A DNA stretch of 63,843 bases, the filler included, from Fonticula-like sp. SCN 57-25 (lineage: Eukaryota): assembly GCA_001724245.1 (NCBI GenBank). It is 5 parts of 5 records of this genome, joined end to end, with 100 filler letters (N's around TTAATTAATTAA, not from the genome) between each part and the next. Parts side by side here need not be neighbours in the genome. Positions count along the whole stretch, not along the records: positions 12,911 to 26,018 come from MEDX01000184.1; 4 more parts are not named here. One strand, 5' to 3'. A program made the position numbers and the translations under genes. The first letter of the stretch is position 1. The number at the start of each line of letters is the position of its first letter. The notes under the pieces were generated by a model. That model saw only the letters and a list, made by a program, of their open reading frames with translations, was not told the origin of the DNA and made no database searches. This document shows, piece after piece, positions 12,911 through 24,082 of this stretch.

Positions 12911-14027
12911 TGCTGCCTTCCCACCCCATCGGCCGTCAACGCCGGCGACGCGGTCGACATTGCCGCCGTCCACGACGACTTTTCCATCTGGTTCGCCGCC
13001 GGCGGCGATGAGGCAAGGGCCACCGAGCCGCCGGGATGCACATGCGGGCAGCACCTCACAATGATGCGCGCGAGAATTGCCGCGCTTCACGATCCCGCCG
13101 CGCACTGGGCGCCGACGCTCGCCGCCCTCGCCCCGCTAGGTGCGACTTGTGCCCGTTCTTTTTATCTAAACTGACACCACGCCAGACAAGGGCGCTCGCG
13201 TGCTGCATGTTGATGACGGGATTGCCGCTGCGACGGTTGCCGTTCAGGCGGGCTTTTCGCGCGTCGTGTCCGTTGAAGAAGGCCTTCTGGCCGCCAAGCT
13301 CGCGCGCAGCCAAATCCCGTCTGTCGCCCCCGGCCTTGAAATTGTCGGCGCGCCGCTGAGCGACCTGACGCTGTCGCAGCTTGGCGGCGCACCCGCCGAC
13401 GTGCTGCTGTCCGAGCCGCACTTTAGCGCCTTCCAGCACGACCTTCCATGGCGGCGCTTCCTGCGCCTCTGGTTCCTCTGGCACGACCTGCGCGCGCGCG
13501 GGCTGCTCGCCGAGCGCGCCGTGTGCGTCCCCGCGGGCATTGTCGTCACAGCGCGCCTCGCCCACTTTGACGACCTCTGGCGGAGCCACGCGCCCGTCAG
13601 CCACGCCGCGGGCATCGACGTCGCCGCGTTCAACAAGCTCGGCGGCGTCGACGACCGCGCCACATGGTCCGATCTCTGCTTTCCATTCGACCTCTGCAAC
13701 TATGTCCACACGCTGCTCAGCGAGCCGGTCGACGTGTTTGCCGCGGCGGATTTATCGGCAGAGGCGCCCGCCGCGCGCCAGGCAGAGTGCGTGCTAAAGG
13801 CCGACGGCGGCGAGGGGAGGCGGCCGAATGCCATCGTGCTTTCGGTGGACACGTGGGCTGTGCAGGGCGGGGAGAGGTTTGCTGCGCTGCCGCAGGGCGC
13901 GTGCGCGTCGCTCACCAGGCAGGCGGTGTTGTTCTTGCCAGAGGGCGGCGAGAGCACCGACGTGCGGCTCAAGGTCGACTTTAAGATGGACGCGGGCGAC
14001 CTCGCTGCGACTGCTCGCTGGGAGTGA
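12911..14027 (+). CDS. PRMT7: Protein arginine methyltransferase 7, C-terminal half (5' end lost in gap)
   Basis: HDDFSIWF...CTCGQH...RARIAALHD, LLSEPHF...LPW and DLWRSHAPV...GIDVAAF motifs of the second PRMT7 module. Confidence 0.8.
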
Positions 14028-14149
14028 CCGCGCACATTTATTGTCACGAGTATTTGATAGCCGACTAGATTGTATCGATAAATATATGATTGTAAAGAAA
14101 TGATTTTTTATTCAGGTGCGAAAACACGATAAGAAACCAAAAACATCTG

Positions 14150-15784
14150 TCACATGGCGGTCATTCGTGCATGACAATTGTAAAATACAAACCACGGATC
14201 AGCCAGCAACGCTTCCGCAGTCAAGCGTGTAACGTCGGCGAACCTGTCCGAAAACCGACGACCTAGCTCCGAACCAAGCCATCGCGGGTCAAAGTCGAGC
14301 ATGCGCCCCACAAGAAACAAGTCATGAGACGGATAGCACACATCATTGGCGGGATAATACCGCTGCTTCAACTCATACGAAAATCCTTTCGTCCCAGCCT
14401 TCCATACACACTCACAATCAATGAGGTAGAAACGAGGAGGATTATACACAACATTTCCCCAATGAACATCACTGTGCACCCACCCTTTTTCATGCACACC
14501 CGCCAGCGAAGTCAGCACACAATATATGGCAAGCGCAAGAGTACCCTCATCGCGAACTTGTGGCAGCGCCTCTGCACCAAGGGGACTGAGATAGAGATGG
14601 AAATGGTGCGATGTTATCTCGTATCGGCAAAGAGTCTCGAGATTGGGCACGTCCTTGCAGTCCTTGTAAAATGACTTTAAACGGTCGACCATATCAAAAT
14701 CCAAAGGAAACATCTTTCTTGCACCATCAAAAGTCAACATGACAGACTTGCCGGCAATGCGTTCAATGGTACAGTTAAGGGTATACTTTAGTCGCATCAT
14801 ATTCAACGAATGAACATTGGCCAATACCCAGCGATACCAGCGACCAATATTGATAAAGACAGGAACGAGCGATAGCAGCGCCAGCCCATCACGCGCGTCG
14901 ACATTCAAGGGCTCTGATTGGCTCGGTGCTGAAAAGCGATGGCGTGTCCAGAAGCGCCACTTGCCGCGCGTGATGGCAATGCAGATGACAAAGGGCAACA
15001 TTCCATAGAAGGGCACGTTAATAAAGGCGTCACGCTCAATCTGCTCATAGGCGATATCAATAAGGCTATCATCAGCCTTTTCCTCTATAATGATAAATGG
15101 TGGATATGTGCTCGAAGAGACTGTGACGCCAATCTTGTCATCGGGAAGTGTGGCACTAGAATACTGATTACGTGTCACGTTCACATCGCCAACCAAAGAG
15201 TGTAAAAGCTGCATAAACAAGTCGGTGCGGCCGACAAGATCAAGTTTTCCGCTTCCTGAAACAACGTATTTTACGAGAACTGCAATTATTTCCCAGCCCG
15301 TGTTGACACGGCCATCTTGACTTTCCTGGAAGCCGAGCCAATTGAAATGCGCCCTGACAACGTCGTTTTCATAAATAGTGGCCGGGAAAAGGAAAGGCTC
15401 AAACGGCGCGCTGAACGCAAAAGCTTCACTGGAAAGTAACGAGCCAGCATAAGGAACTGTGCTGAAAGCAGCCGGCACACGAGCAGGCGCCGCGACCGCG
15501 TCAATCTTGACCGTCAGCTCAGCGCCTTCGATAGCGCGCTCGCGATAGTTGACCTCGAAGCCATTCAGCAAAAGCTGCGGCAGACAAAGCGGCGCAAACG
15601 TCAGCCAACAGTGAAAAGTGCGCGCGGGCCGTACGTGGATGTTTTCGGGAGCAGGTTTGGGGTCAGGGCGACGTACGCGAATTTCATTGCGGACGTCTCG
15701 CCACAGCGAGCCCGGAACATACGGCATTCCATCATCGCTATTGGGCACGCCTTCAATTGACCACGACACCTGGGGAACGGCCAT
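14150..15784 (-). CDS. Crinkler-like effector: ubiquitin-like header + PD-(D/E)xK-like domain + protein kinase
   Basis: Kinase motifs WVHSDVHWGNVV, YLIDCE, DLFLVG. Middle domain LPDDKIG..IIIEEK..AYEQI. Ubl-like WRDVRNEIR..PENIH|LLLNG. One in-frame intron near 15575-15634. Visibly lower GC than neighbours. Confidence 0.72.
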   Translation of the reverse strand: MAVPQVSWSIEGVPNSDDGMPYVPGSLWRDVRNEIRVRRPDPKPAPENIHVRPARTFHCWLTFAPLCLPQLLLNGFEVNYRERAIEGAELTVKIDAVAAPARVPAAFSTVPYAGSLLSSEAFAFSAPFEPFLFPATIYENDVVRAHFNWLGFQESQDGRVNTGWEIIAVLVKYVVSGSGKLDLVGRTDLFMQLLHSLVGDVNVTRNQYSSATLPDDKIGVTVSSSTYPPFIIIEEKADDSLIDIAYEQIERDAFINVPFYGMLPFVICIAITRGKWRFWTRHRFSAPSQSEPLNVDARDGLALLSLVPVFINIGRWYRWVLANVHSLNMMRLKYTLNCTIERIAGKSVMLTFDGARKMFPLDFDMVDRLKSFYKDCKDVPNLETLCRYEITSHHFHLYLSPLGAEALPQVRDEGTLALAIYCVLTSLAGVHEKGWVHSDVHWGNVVYNPPRFYLIDCECVWKAGTKGFSYELKQRYYPANDVCYPSHDLFLVGRMLDFDPRWLGSELGRRFSDRFADVTRLTAEALLADPWFVFYNCHARMTAM

Positions 15785-16117
15785 GGTCGACGTGTCAACG
15801 GATGTGGTGAACGTGAAGCCGCATGATGCTGGATTGGTTCCTGAACTGCGCTTTGCTGACACCAGGGTCAGGGCCGGACTCTGCCCCAAACTGGCCTATC
15901 ATCAACCGCCGCTATTCCGTGTTTGACATTGTCCTATTGGCTCCATTGCATTGCTTTGGGCAAGCATGACTAGGCATAGATAAGGACGCGACCGATCGGC
16001 TCCATTCGAATATATTGTGACAATTGTTCAGGAAAGAGTACAGAGAAAAACATAGAACAGTAAACAAAACTTGAGTGGGGCCAGGGTTGGAAACTCTTAA
16101 CACACAAAAAAAAAGAT

Positions 16118-17153
16118 TTACTCGTCAGCGGGCTTCTCCTCCTCGGCGGCGGCGGCAGGCTCCTCCTCGGCAGCCGGGGCCGGCTCCTCAGCCGCGACGG
16201 GCTCCTCAGCGGGCTTCTCCTCCTCAGCGGGCTTCTCCTCCTCAGCGGGCTTCTCCTCCTCAACGGGGGCCGGCTCCTCAGCCGCGACGGGCTCCTCGGC
16301 GGGCTTCTCCTCCTCGGCGGCGGCGGGCTGCTCCTCCTCGGCAGCCGGAGCGGGCTCCTCGGCGGCCTCCTCCTTGGCCTCCTCCTCCTTGGCCTCCTCC
16401 TGAGCGGGAGCCTCACCCTCGGCGGGGGTCTCGCCCTCGGCGGCGGTCTCACCCTCGGCGGGCTCGGCCTCGCTGGCGGCGGCGGCGGCGGCGGCATCAT
16501 CGCCGTTGGCCTCGGCAACGACGAGCTGCTTCTTCGAGCCCTTCTCCTTCTTCTGGGGCTGGGGCTTCAGGGCCTCGTCGTTGTGGGGGAAGCGCTTGCA
16601 CATCTGGATCTCGGCGCGCTCATAGCCGTTCTTCTCGTAAAAGCCAGCGACCTCCTCGTTGCAGTCGAGGATGATCTTGTAGCAGCCAAGGGAATCGCCG
16701 AGACTCTCGAGGGCCTGGATGATGCTGGAAAAAAAAAGAGAAAATAGAGATGAGCACCGGGAATTAAAAAACCGGCATGCGGGCAGCGTACCGGCGGCCG
16801 ACGTGCGCGTTGCGCGAGTTCTTGTCGACGACGACATCCTCAATGTGGCCAACGTGGCCGTTGCCGTGGATGAACTTGGGCTCGATGACGATGGTGCCAG
16901 TGCCGATGATGCGCTTGCTGCGGATATCCTCAAGGACGACCGTGTGGACGGCCTTGGAATTGCGGAGCAGCAGGACGCGGGCGGCAAAGTCCTTGTGGGC
17001 GACCGGCGGCGAAGGGGTGAGCTGCGCAAGGAGCTCGAAATAGCCCTTCTTGTCGTCGTCCTCCTTCAGGAAGCGGAAGACCATGCCATCCTTAAGGGCG
17101 GACGTCACATGTTCCTTCTTGAGCACAACGGGCTTGCTAGCGGAACCTCCCAT
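16118..17153 (-). CDS. GNA1: Glucosamine-6-phosphate N-acetyltransferase with long Glu/Ala/Pro-rich tail
   Basis: EPKFIHGNGHVGHIEDVVV and GCYKIILDC..FYEKNGY. Intron near 16726-16791. Confidence 0.92.
16121..16470 (-). repeat. Coding tandem repeats (EEEKPA, EEPVAAEEPAP, AEGET)
   Basis: 18-nt unit cagcgggcttctcctcct is repeated at about 16208-16261, with higher-order duplication around it. Confidence 0.85.
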
Positions 17154-17424
17154 TCTCGTTGACTAGTCAAAAGACAAGAGGAAAAATGCACTTTCAGGTG
17201 GGCCACAAACACCATTAAAGGGCCGTTCCAGGAAAAGGCGCACGGAGGCGATGCCTGATTGGTGCAAACAAGGCCCGTCCTTCGTTCCGATTGGAGACCC
17301 TTGTCAACATTTCCATAAAAGGGAAGATCTACTTGAACAACGGTGGAATTATCAATTTTGTCAAAACGCAATCATCCACCCCGGAGTCAGAGGTGCTCTA
17401 GTGCTGACTCACCATACTGCCGCC

Positions 17425-18680
17425 ATGCTGCGGCTGCGCGAGACGCTCGTGTTCCGCGTCGATCCGGCGGACGCGCAGACGTATGTGCTCGATGTCGCGC
17501 TCAGCAGCGGGCAGGGCGCTCAGCAGCAGCTCGCCGCGTCCGGCTCGGACAATGCCATCAAGCTGTACTCGTGCACGCCCGACGGCCTGCGTCTCACTGG
17601 CAAGCTGCGTGGTCACGAGGGGGTGATCGGCGCGATCCGCTTCGCAAAGGGGTCGGACGTGCTCTGGTCCGCCGCGGCCGACGGAAATCTTGTTGCGTGG
17701 GACACGCGGACGCACCAGCCCGGTCTCCGCCTCAACTCTCAAGGTACCGCATCGCTGCTCAGCATGGACATTGCCTGCGACAACTCGCTGATCGCCGCCG
17801 GCACCGCCATGCACGGCGATGATGCGCGCGTCGTTTTCTGGGACCCGCGCTCGGGCGGCAGCGTCAAGGAGTTTGTCGAGTGCCACATGGACGACGTGAC
17901 ACAGCTGCGCTTCCACCCTACGCGGCCGGACGTGCTCGCTACCGCCGGCGAGGACTGCCTCGTCAACATCCTCGAGCTGCGCGCCGACTTTGACGAGGAC
18001 GAGTCGCTCGAGTCGGTCATGAACGTTGGCCAGACCGCGTCGCGCATCGGCTTTTTCGGACAGAGCGGCGAGTACGTCTACTGCGCGACAAACGTCGAGA
18101 CCCTTTCGCTGTGGCGCACAATGGAGGCCGACAAGCTGGCCGACTTTGGCGACGTCCGCGTGCGCCTCGCGGCTGCGTCGGTCGACGTTGACTACATTAT
18201 TGACTGCACGTACGACGCCACAAGGGACAAGCTGCTTCTCCTCGCGGGCACATTTGCGGGAGAGGGGCGCGTGCTGGACGTCACAAAGGACGACATCACG
18301 CCGGTTGCAACACTTCCCGCAGCCCACGTCGATCGCATCCGCTGCGCAGACTGGAACATGGCGGTACGAAAAGTGACAATTAGGGAAGAGTTATTTGTGG
18401 GTGTAATGTTTGTTGCACATGTACTAGTCTTATTTGCTTTATTTCCGCCAATTTCTGCTTTCTAACAATTGTTCTTTAGAGTGACAAGCTCATCACCGGC
18501 GGCGAGGACGGTCGCCTGTGCGTTTGGTCCTCTTCTGCACCTTCCCCATCCGCCTCGGACGACCGCGTACGCGTCTCCTCTTCCACCCCCTTTTTCTAAC
18601 CCGCCCGATAGGCCCACATGGTGATGCCGTCTGGCTCGCGCTCGGCCGACCGCAAGTCCTTTTCGCCGTACAGCCGGTAA
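17425..18680 (+). CDS. WDR89: WD40 repeat protein WDR89-like
   Basis: FVECHMDDVTQLRFHP..LATAGEDCLVN, DEDESL, HVDRIRC, LITGGEDGRLCVW and C-terminal FSPY. Two introns. Confidence 0.82.
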
Positions 18681-18756
18681 CACAAAAGCAAGTTGAATTG
18701 GTGTACATTATAAAGTAGTCATAATACAGTGATTGTCGGTTTATGTACAGCGCCCG

Positions 18757-19973
18757 CTACTGCTGCCCCTGCGTGCGCGTTGCGCCGCCGACGGGCCCGA
18801 GCCGCAGCGCCGCGCCGCGCCTGTCCTGCGACGCATGAAACTTGTCAATGAGGTCGCTGAACGACGCGGCGACCTTTGTGAGCGCCGCCAGGTGGGCGAC
18901 GAGGAGCGTGTCGCGCAGCTGCTGCGCGGTGGCGTCGGCCGACGGGCCCTGGCCGCTGTCCACGCGCGGAAGTTGGTAAGCGAGGGCGCTCACGCCGCGA
19001 AGGATGTCATAGTCGGGCGCGAGGGAGCCGCTCTCGACGGCCTTGAGGTACTCGAGGAGGACGGCGACGCGCGACTGCAGCATCGACAGGGCGCGGCGCT
19101 TGGACGACAAATTGCTGATCACTAAAGGAAAGTCGAAATTAGATGAAAAGGAAAAGTGCAAAATTGGATCAAAAAGCGACAAAACACAAGCCACATAGAT
19201 GAAAATTCACCAAAAAATGCCAAAAACACCCCGAAATTGCGCCACTGCCACGTACGGTTGGCGGTGTTGCCGAGCCCAGCGGGAACGACGTGTGTAATGT
19301 GGTCGATCGCGACGCGCTCCGCCTCTCCCGACTCAAGCTGGAACGCCGCCTCGACGAGCACCGCGAGCGGCGCCCCGCCCTGTGACGCGTCGAGTGACGT
19401 CTCGTAGACGCGCACCGGCAGCGTCTTGGCCCCGAGGCCCGCCATGTCCACCGCCATGAACACGAGATTCTCGCCGCCGAGCGACGTCAGCAGGCGGTGC
19501 GCTTCCACGTGGCGCGGCTCGGGTGAAGCCGTCGTGCAGTACCAGCCGACCACGTCGAGGTTGGGAAAGACCTTGACATCTGCTCATGGCCGTCAGCAGG
19601 GGAACAAGGGGATCAGTATCGGTCGGGATCACGCACAGACTTCGAGCTGCTGCTTGACGATCTCCATGTCCTCTTCAAAGCACTTGACGGGCCCCTTGGC
19701 GTGCGGGAGCTCGCACGAGTTGTGAACTTCGATCACGCGGCCGTGCTGCGTGCCCAGCAGGAGACCAAAGGCTGCAGAGGCACACACAGAAAAGGAAACA
19801 CGACGCAGTTAATACGAAAGCGGCAGGCAAACAGCCGCGCGCGCACCTTCCATATGAGGCGCATTCTCAACCAGCTTGAGGCGCGTAAAGTGGTCGCTCA
19901 CATTGATGAGCACGAGCGGGTGCACGAGCGGGCTCGCCCCTCCCGCCGCCACCGACACCGCCGCCGACGCCAT
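18757..19973 (-). CDS. COPS6: COP9 signalosome subunit 6 (MPN domain)
   Basis: VHPLVLINVSDHFTR, LLGTQ..RVIEVHNSCEL, VVGWY, EAERVAIDHI, ALSMLQSRV..LLEYL. Confidence 0.9.
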
Positions 19974-20204
19974 CAGGTCACGTGATGATCGGCCAAGATT
20001 ACCGTATCGATACGGTAAAGAATTCCATTTGCATTGGCCAATCAGAGCGCGTCTCGGCGGACCCTTTGTCGCATTTCGGTGGTACGCGGCTGGCCCGACG
20101 CCCCGGTAAACAGAGCAGACGACCCGCCGCGCGCGCCGCAAGAAAGACCGAGAAAGGCGCACGGCACTGAGATTGCCAGCGCACCTCGATTTGCGTGCGC
20201 TATA

Positions 20205-23200
20205 ATGGCGGACGTTGTTGGGAGAAAGGTGCGCCGTGTTTGTCATGCGATCTGCGGCACGCTAATTGCAGTCTTGCCTAGGCGCGCGTCATCTGGGATT
20301 ACAATGCGCGCCAGAGCGACGAGCTGACGCTAGAGCAAGACGACGTGCTGACAATTGTGAATGCGTCGAATGAAGACTGGTGGGAAGGCGAGCTAAAGGG
20401 CGCGACGGGTCTTTTCCCGCGCGGCTACGTCGAAGTCTTGGAAGGCGATGGCGATCTTGACTCTGAAACGCACAGCATAAACACTGTGTCATCCGAGACG
20501 GACTCTGCGATTGCCCCGCCGCCGTCTCTTACTTCGCAGGACTCTGGCTCGCGCGTGGTCATGATGATCACCAGCGCGCCGATTGCGAAAGCAAAGTGGT
20601 CAGACGACATTGACGGCGCGATCCTGGGCCGCTTGTCGGACAAGGAGAAGCGCCGGCAAGAGGTCATTTTCGAGCTTCTTCAAACGGAGCGCGACTATGT
20701 CCGCGACCTCGAGTTAATTATTAATCTTTACCTGAACCCGATGCGCAAGAAGAAGATTGTTTCGCCCAAGGATCTCGCCGTGCTCTTCTCCAACATTGAG
20801 ATGCTCGTGCCCGTAAACTCGCTGCTGCTCAAGACGCTCTCGGACAGCCGCGAAGTCTACCCCATCATCGAGCGCGTCGGCGACATTTTTCTCAAGGTCG
20901 CCGACTACCTCAAGATGTACAACATGTACTGCGGCAACCACCCGTACGCGCTCTTAAAGTACGAGACCCTAAAGTCCAAGGCATTCCGCAACCTCGAAAA
21001 CGTACGCACTTGGTAACGACCCTCTGAATCATATGTGACTAACCCATAATTCCGATTATAGGACGCCAAGAGCCGCCCCGAGTGCCGCTCTTTGGACCTT
21101 TGCTCGTTCCTTATCAAGCCCGTGCAGCGCATCTGCAAGTACCCGCTGCTCATCCGCGAGATCCAAAAGTTTACGGACGCGTCGCACCCCGACCACGCGG
21201 CCCTCGAAGAGGCGTTCAGAAAGATCGAGACGGTCGTGACGATCGTGAACGAGGCGACGCGCTACGCCGAGTCGGTCAGGAAGATGCTCTCAATGCAGCG
21301 GCGTCTCAACGAGGTACGTTGGAAATGAAGTGTATCATATCTTGTGAGACATATCTCGTGTATCATATCTTGTGTATCATTTGTATGATATATCTTGTGT
21401 ACATTTTCATCATTTTCCGTCCTTTCCCACTCTATATCTTCTTGTCTCTAACCACTTTTCCCAACAGAAAGTGCAGCTGATCTCGCCCTCTCGCCGCCTC
21501 ATCCGCGAGCAAGCCATCGGCCTCGTCCGCAGCGACACCAAAGCCACCGAATTCGACAAGCAGATCGTCCTCTTCAACGACCTCGCGCTCCTCTGCAAGC
21601 CCAAAGGCGAGCGCCTCAAGCTCATCGCCATGATCCCGCTCGACGAGGCCGCCGTCGACGACCCGTCCCCGGACGCAGAGTCTTTCGACCTCTTCCACGG
21701 CGACACGGAAAAGTTTACGCTCGTGTGCAAGTCGGCAGAGCTCAAGGCGCCGCTCGTCGAGGACCTCGCAGACTTTATCTCGGACATGGTCGCGCTCGCA
21801 AAGGAACGCATAGCAGAAGCAGAGAATGAGGAAGAGCAGCAGCAGCAGGAAGAGGCCAAGTCGCCCGCCAAGGCAGCGGCGCCGCCGCCGTCGCCGCAGT
21901 TGGCCGCGAAAAAGGGCTCGCCGGCGCCGCCGCTGCCCGCCTCGCCGTCGCCGTCGTCGGCAAATAAACTTCCCGCGCCTTTGAATTCTTCTTCATCTTC
22001 ATTGGCGAGCAAGCCGCTGCCGTCGGCGCCGTCGTCGGGGTCGGCCAGCAAGCTGATGCCGCCGCCGCCACTCCCCTCTACCTCCTCGTCCTCTTCCTCG
22101 TCGTCGGTGGCAAAGTCGTCTTCTTCCGCGTCGGCGAGCAAGCTGATGCCGCCGCCGCCGCTTCCTTCGACACCCTCAACGCCGTCCAGCAAGAAGCCGC
22201 CGACGCCCGCCACCGCCGCCGCGCCCGCGTGGAGCGGCACAAAGCTCAAGAAAACCGACTCGACGGCGAGCAGCGTCAGCGTCGCCGAAGTGCGCGGCAG
22301 CCGCGCGTCGTCCACGCTCTCCACTGCGTCAAATAGTACTGTCGCCGACGGCAAGCCAGAGGCGTTCCAGGTGCGGCTGCGGCACGTCGAGCTGCCCGAG
22401 GACCGCGAAAAGCGGCAGCGCGAGGAGCAGCAAAAGGAGCGCAGCGAGCGGCTCGGCAAGGCGCAGGCGGAGCGCGCGTCGCTCGGGGCCGTCGCCGAGG
22501 AGGGTGGCAAGGGAAAGAAGGACAAGGAAAAGGAAGAAGTAAAGGAGAAGAAGAAGAAGAAAAAGACGGCGGAAAAGGCGCCAAAGGAGGCGACAAAGAA
22601 GGAAAAGGCGCCAAAGGAAAAGAAGGAAAAGATGGCGAAAGAGTCGCCGCCGATTCCAGCGACAAAGGCGAGGACGACTGCGGCGGCGCCAGTGGCGGAA
22701 GCACCAAAGGAAGGCTTCTTTGCGCGTCTATTCCGTCGCGTACGTCCATGGTTTATTATGTGGGTGTATAGAGTTTTTTCTGTGTGTGTATGGTCATATT
22801 TGTGTGTTTTTTTGGTCCATTTTGTGGTCATTTTCCGATGCTTTTGTGGTCATTTGTCGCTGTTTTCACTCCTTTCTCGTCACTTTTCTGCCACTTTTCC
22901 ACACTTTTCCACACTTTACCCCATTTTCTCACACCTTCGCAGCCTACGGTGAGCCGCGCGACATCGCCCGCGCCCACCTCCTCCCTCACCCCATCCCCCT
23001 CCGCCGACATTTACCGCCAGCGCACCACGCTCGGCAATGGCGGCTCCACCGGCGGCGTCTCCGTCACCGTCTCCTCCTACCGCCGCCTCGACGGCGGCCG
23101 CCTCGAGTACGCGTACCTCCTCAAGGTCACTCGCGAGGACGGCACCTTTTACACCACCGAGCGCACGTACGCCGAGTTCACCTCCTTCCACTACGTGCTC

Positions 23201-23716
23201 GTCGGCCAATTCCCCGACGAAGCCGGCATCATCAACAGCCGCACGCGCGTCATCCCGGACATGCCGATGCAGTCGACGTACCCGACGGACCTGCAGGCGT
23301 CGCAGACGAGACTCGAGCTCATGCGGTACATGCAGCGGCTCATGCGGCTCCCGGAAAAGATTACAAAGTCGCCGCAGGTGGCGGCGTTTATCAAGGATAC
23401 GGGCAAGGCGGCGCCCGCAAAGGCGGAAGTTTCGAGAAAGCCGAGCGAGGCGGTGCGCAGGCCAGGCGACGCGGCGAAAAAGCCGGCGGCTCCGGTGGCG
23501 GCGTCCAGGACCGCCGCGGCGCCGCCCGCGAGGGTGTCGTACAAGCACAAGCCGCTGCCGCCGCCCGTGAAGAGGCCGACGGCGTCGTCGCAGTCGTCGT
23601 ATGCGCAGGCGATTGCGCCGGGGACGGTCAAGGCGCATATCATGAGAGTGCAGAGTCAGTATGGGGAGCCGGTGGGGAGGCAGAGTGTCACGGGGCACCG
23701 TGCGCAGTACAGGTGA
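20205..23716 (+). CDS. RhoGEF with SH3-DH-PH, Pro/Ser-rich linker and C-terminal PX domain
   Basis: SH3 (DYNA..SDELTL..WWEG..GLFPRGYV), DH (RQEVIFELLQTERDYVRDL; FLIKPVQRICKYPLL), PH (LFNDLALL), PX (RTYAEFTSFH..L...FP). Confidence 0.88.
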
Positions 23717-24082
23717 AGAATGGAAAGTGGAGAAGAAGAGTGGAAAGTGGAAATATGGACATTTATCAGATTACTTTGTGGATATCTCGTTGATTTCTCA
23801 TGGATATCTCATGGAATTCTCATGGATTTCAGTCCATCTATCTATCTATCTACCTATCCATCTATCTTTCTGTTTTGTCAATTCAAGTATATATCGATCA
23901 ATTGTGCTTTGTATTGTATTTCTCTCAGTTGCCCCTTTTTCTCTCCCCTTTCGCGTCCATTTTTGCCCCTTTCCTCTCTTTTCTGTACAAGTATGCGATC
24001 CAGTAGAGTATATTTATGAATATAGCGCGTCTCAATCACTTTTTCCTATCCAATTTCCATATTCAGATATTCAATCTCGTCC

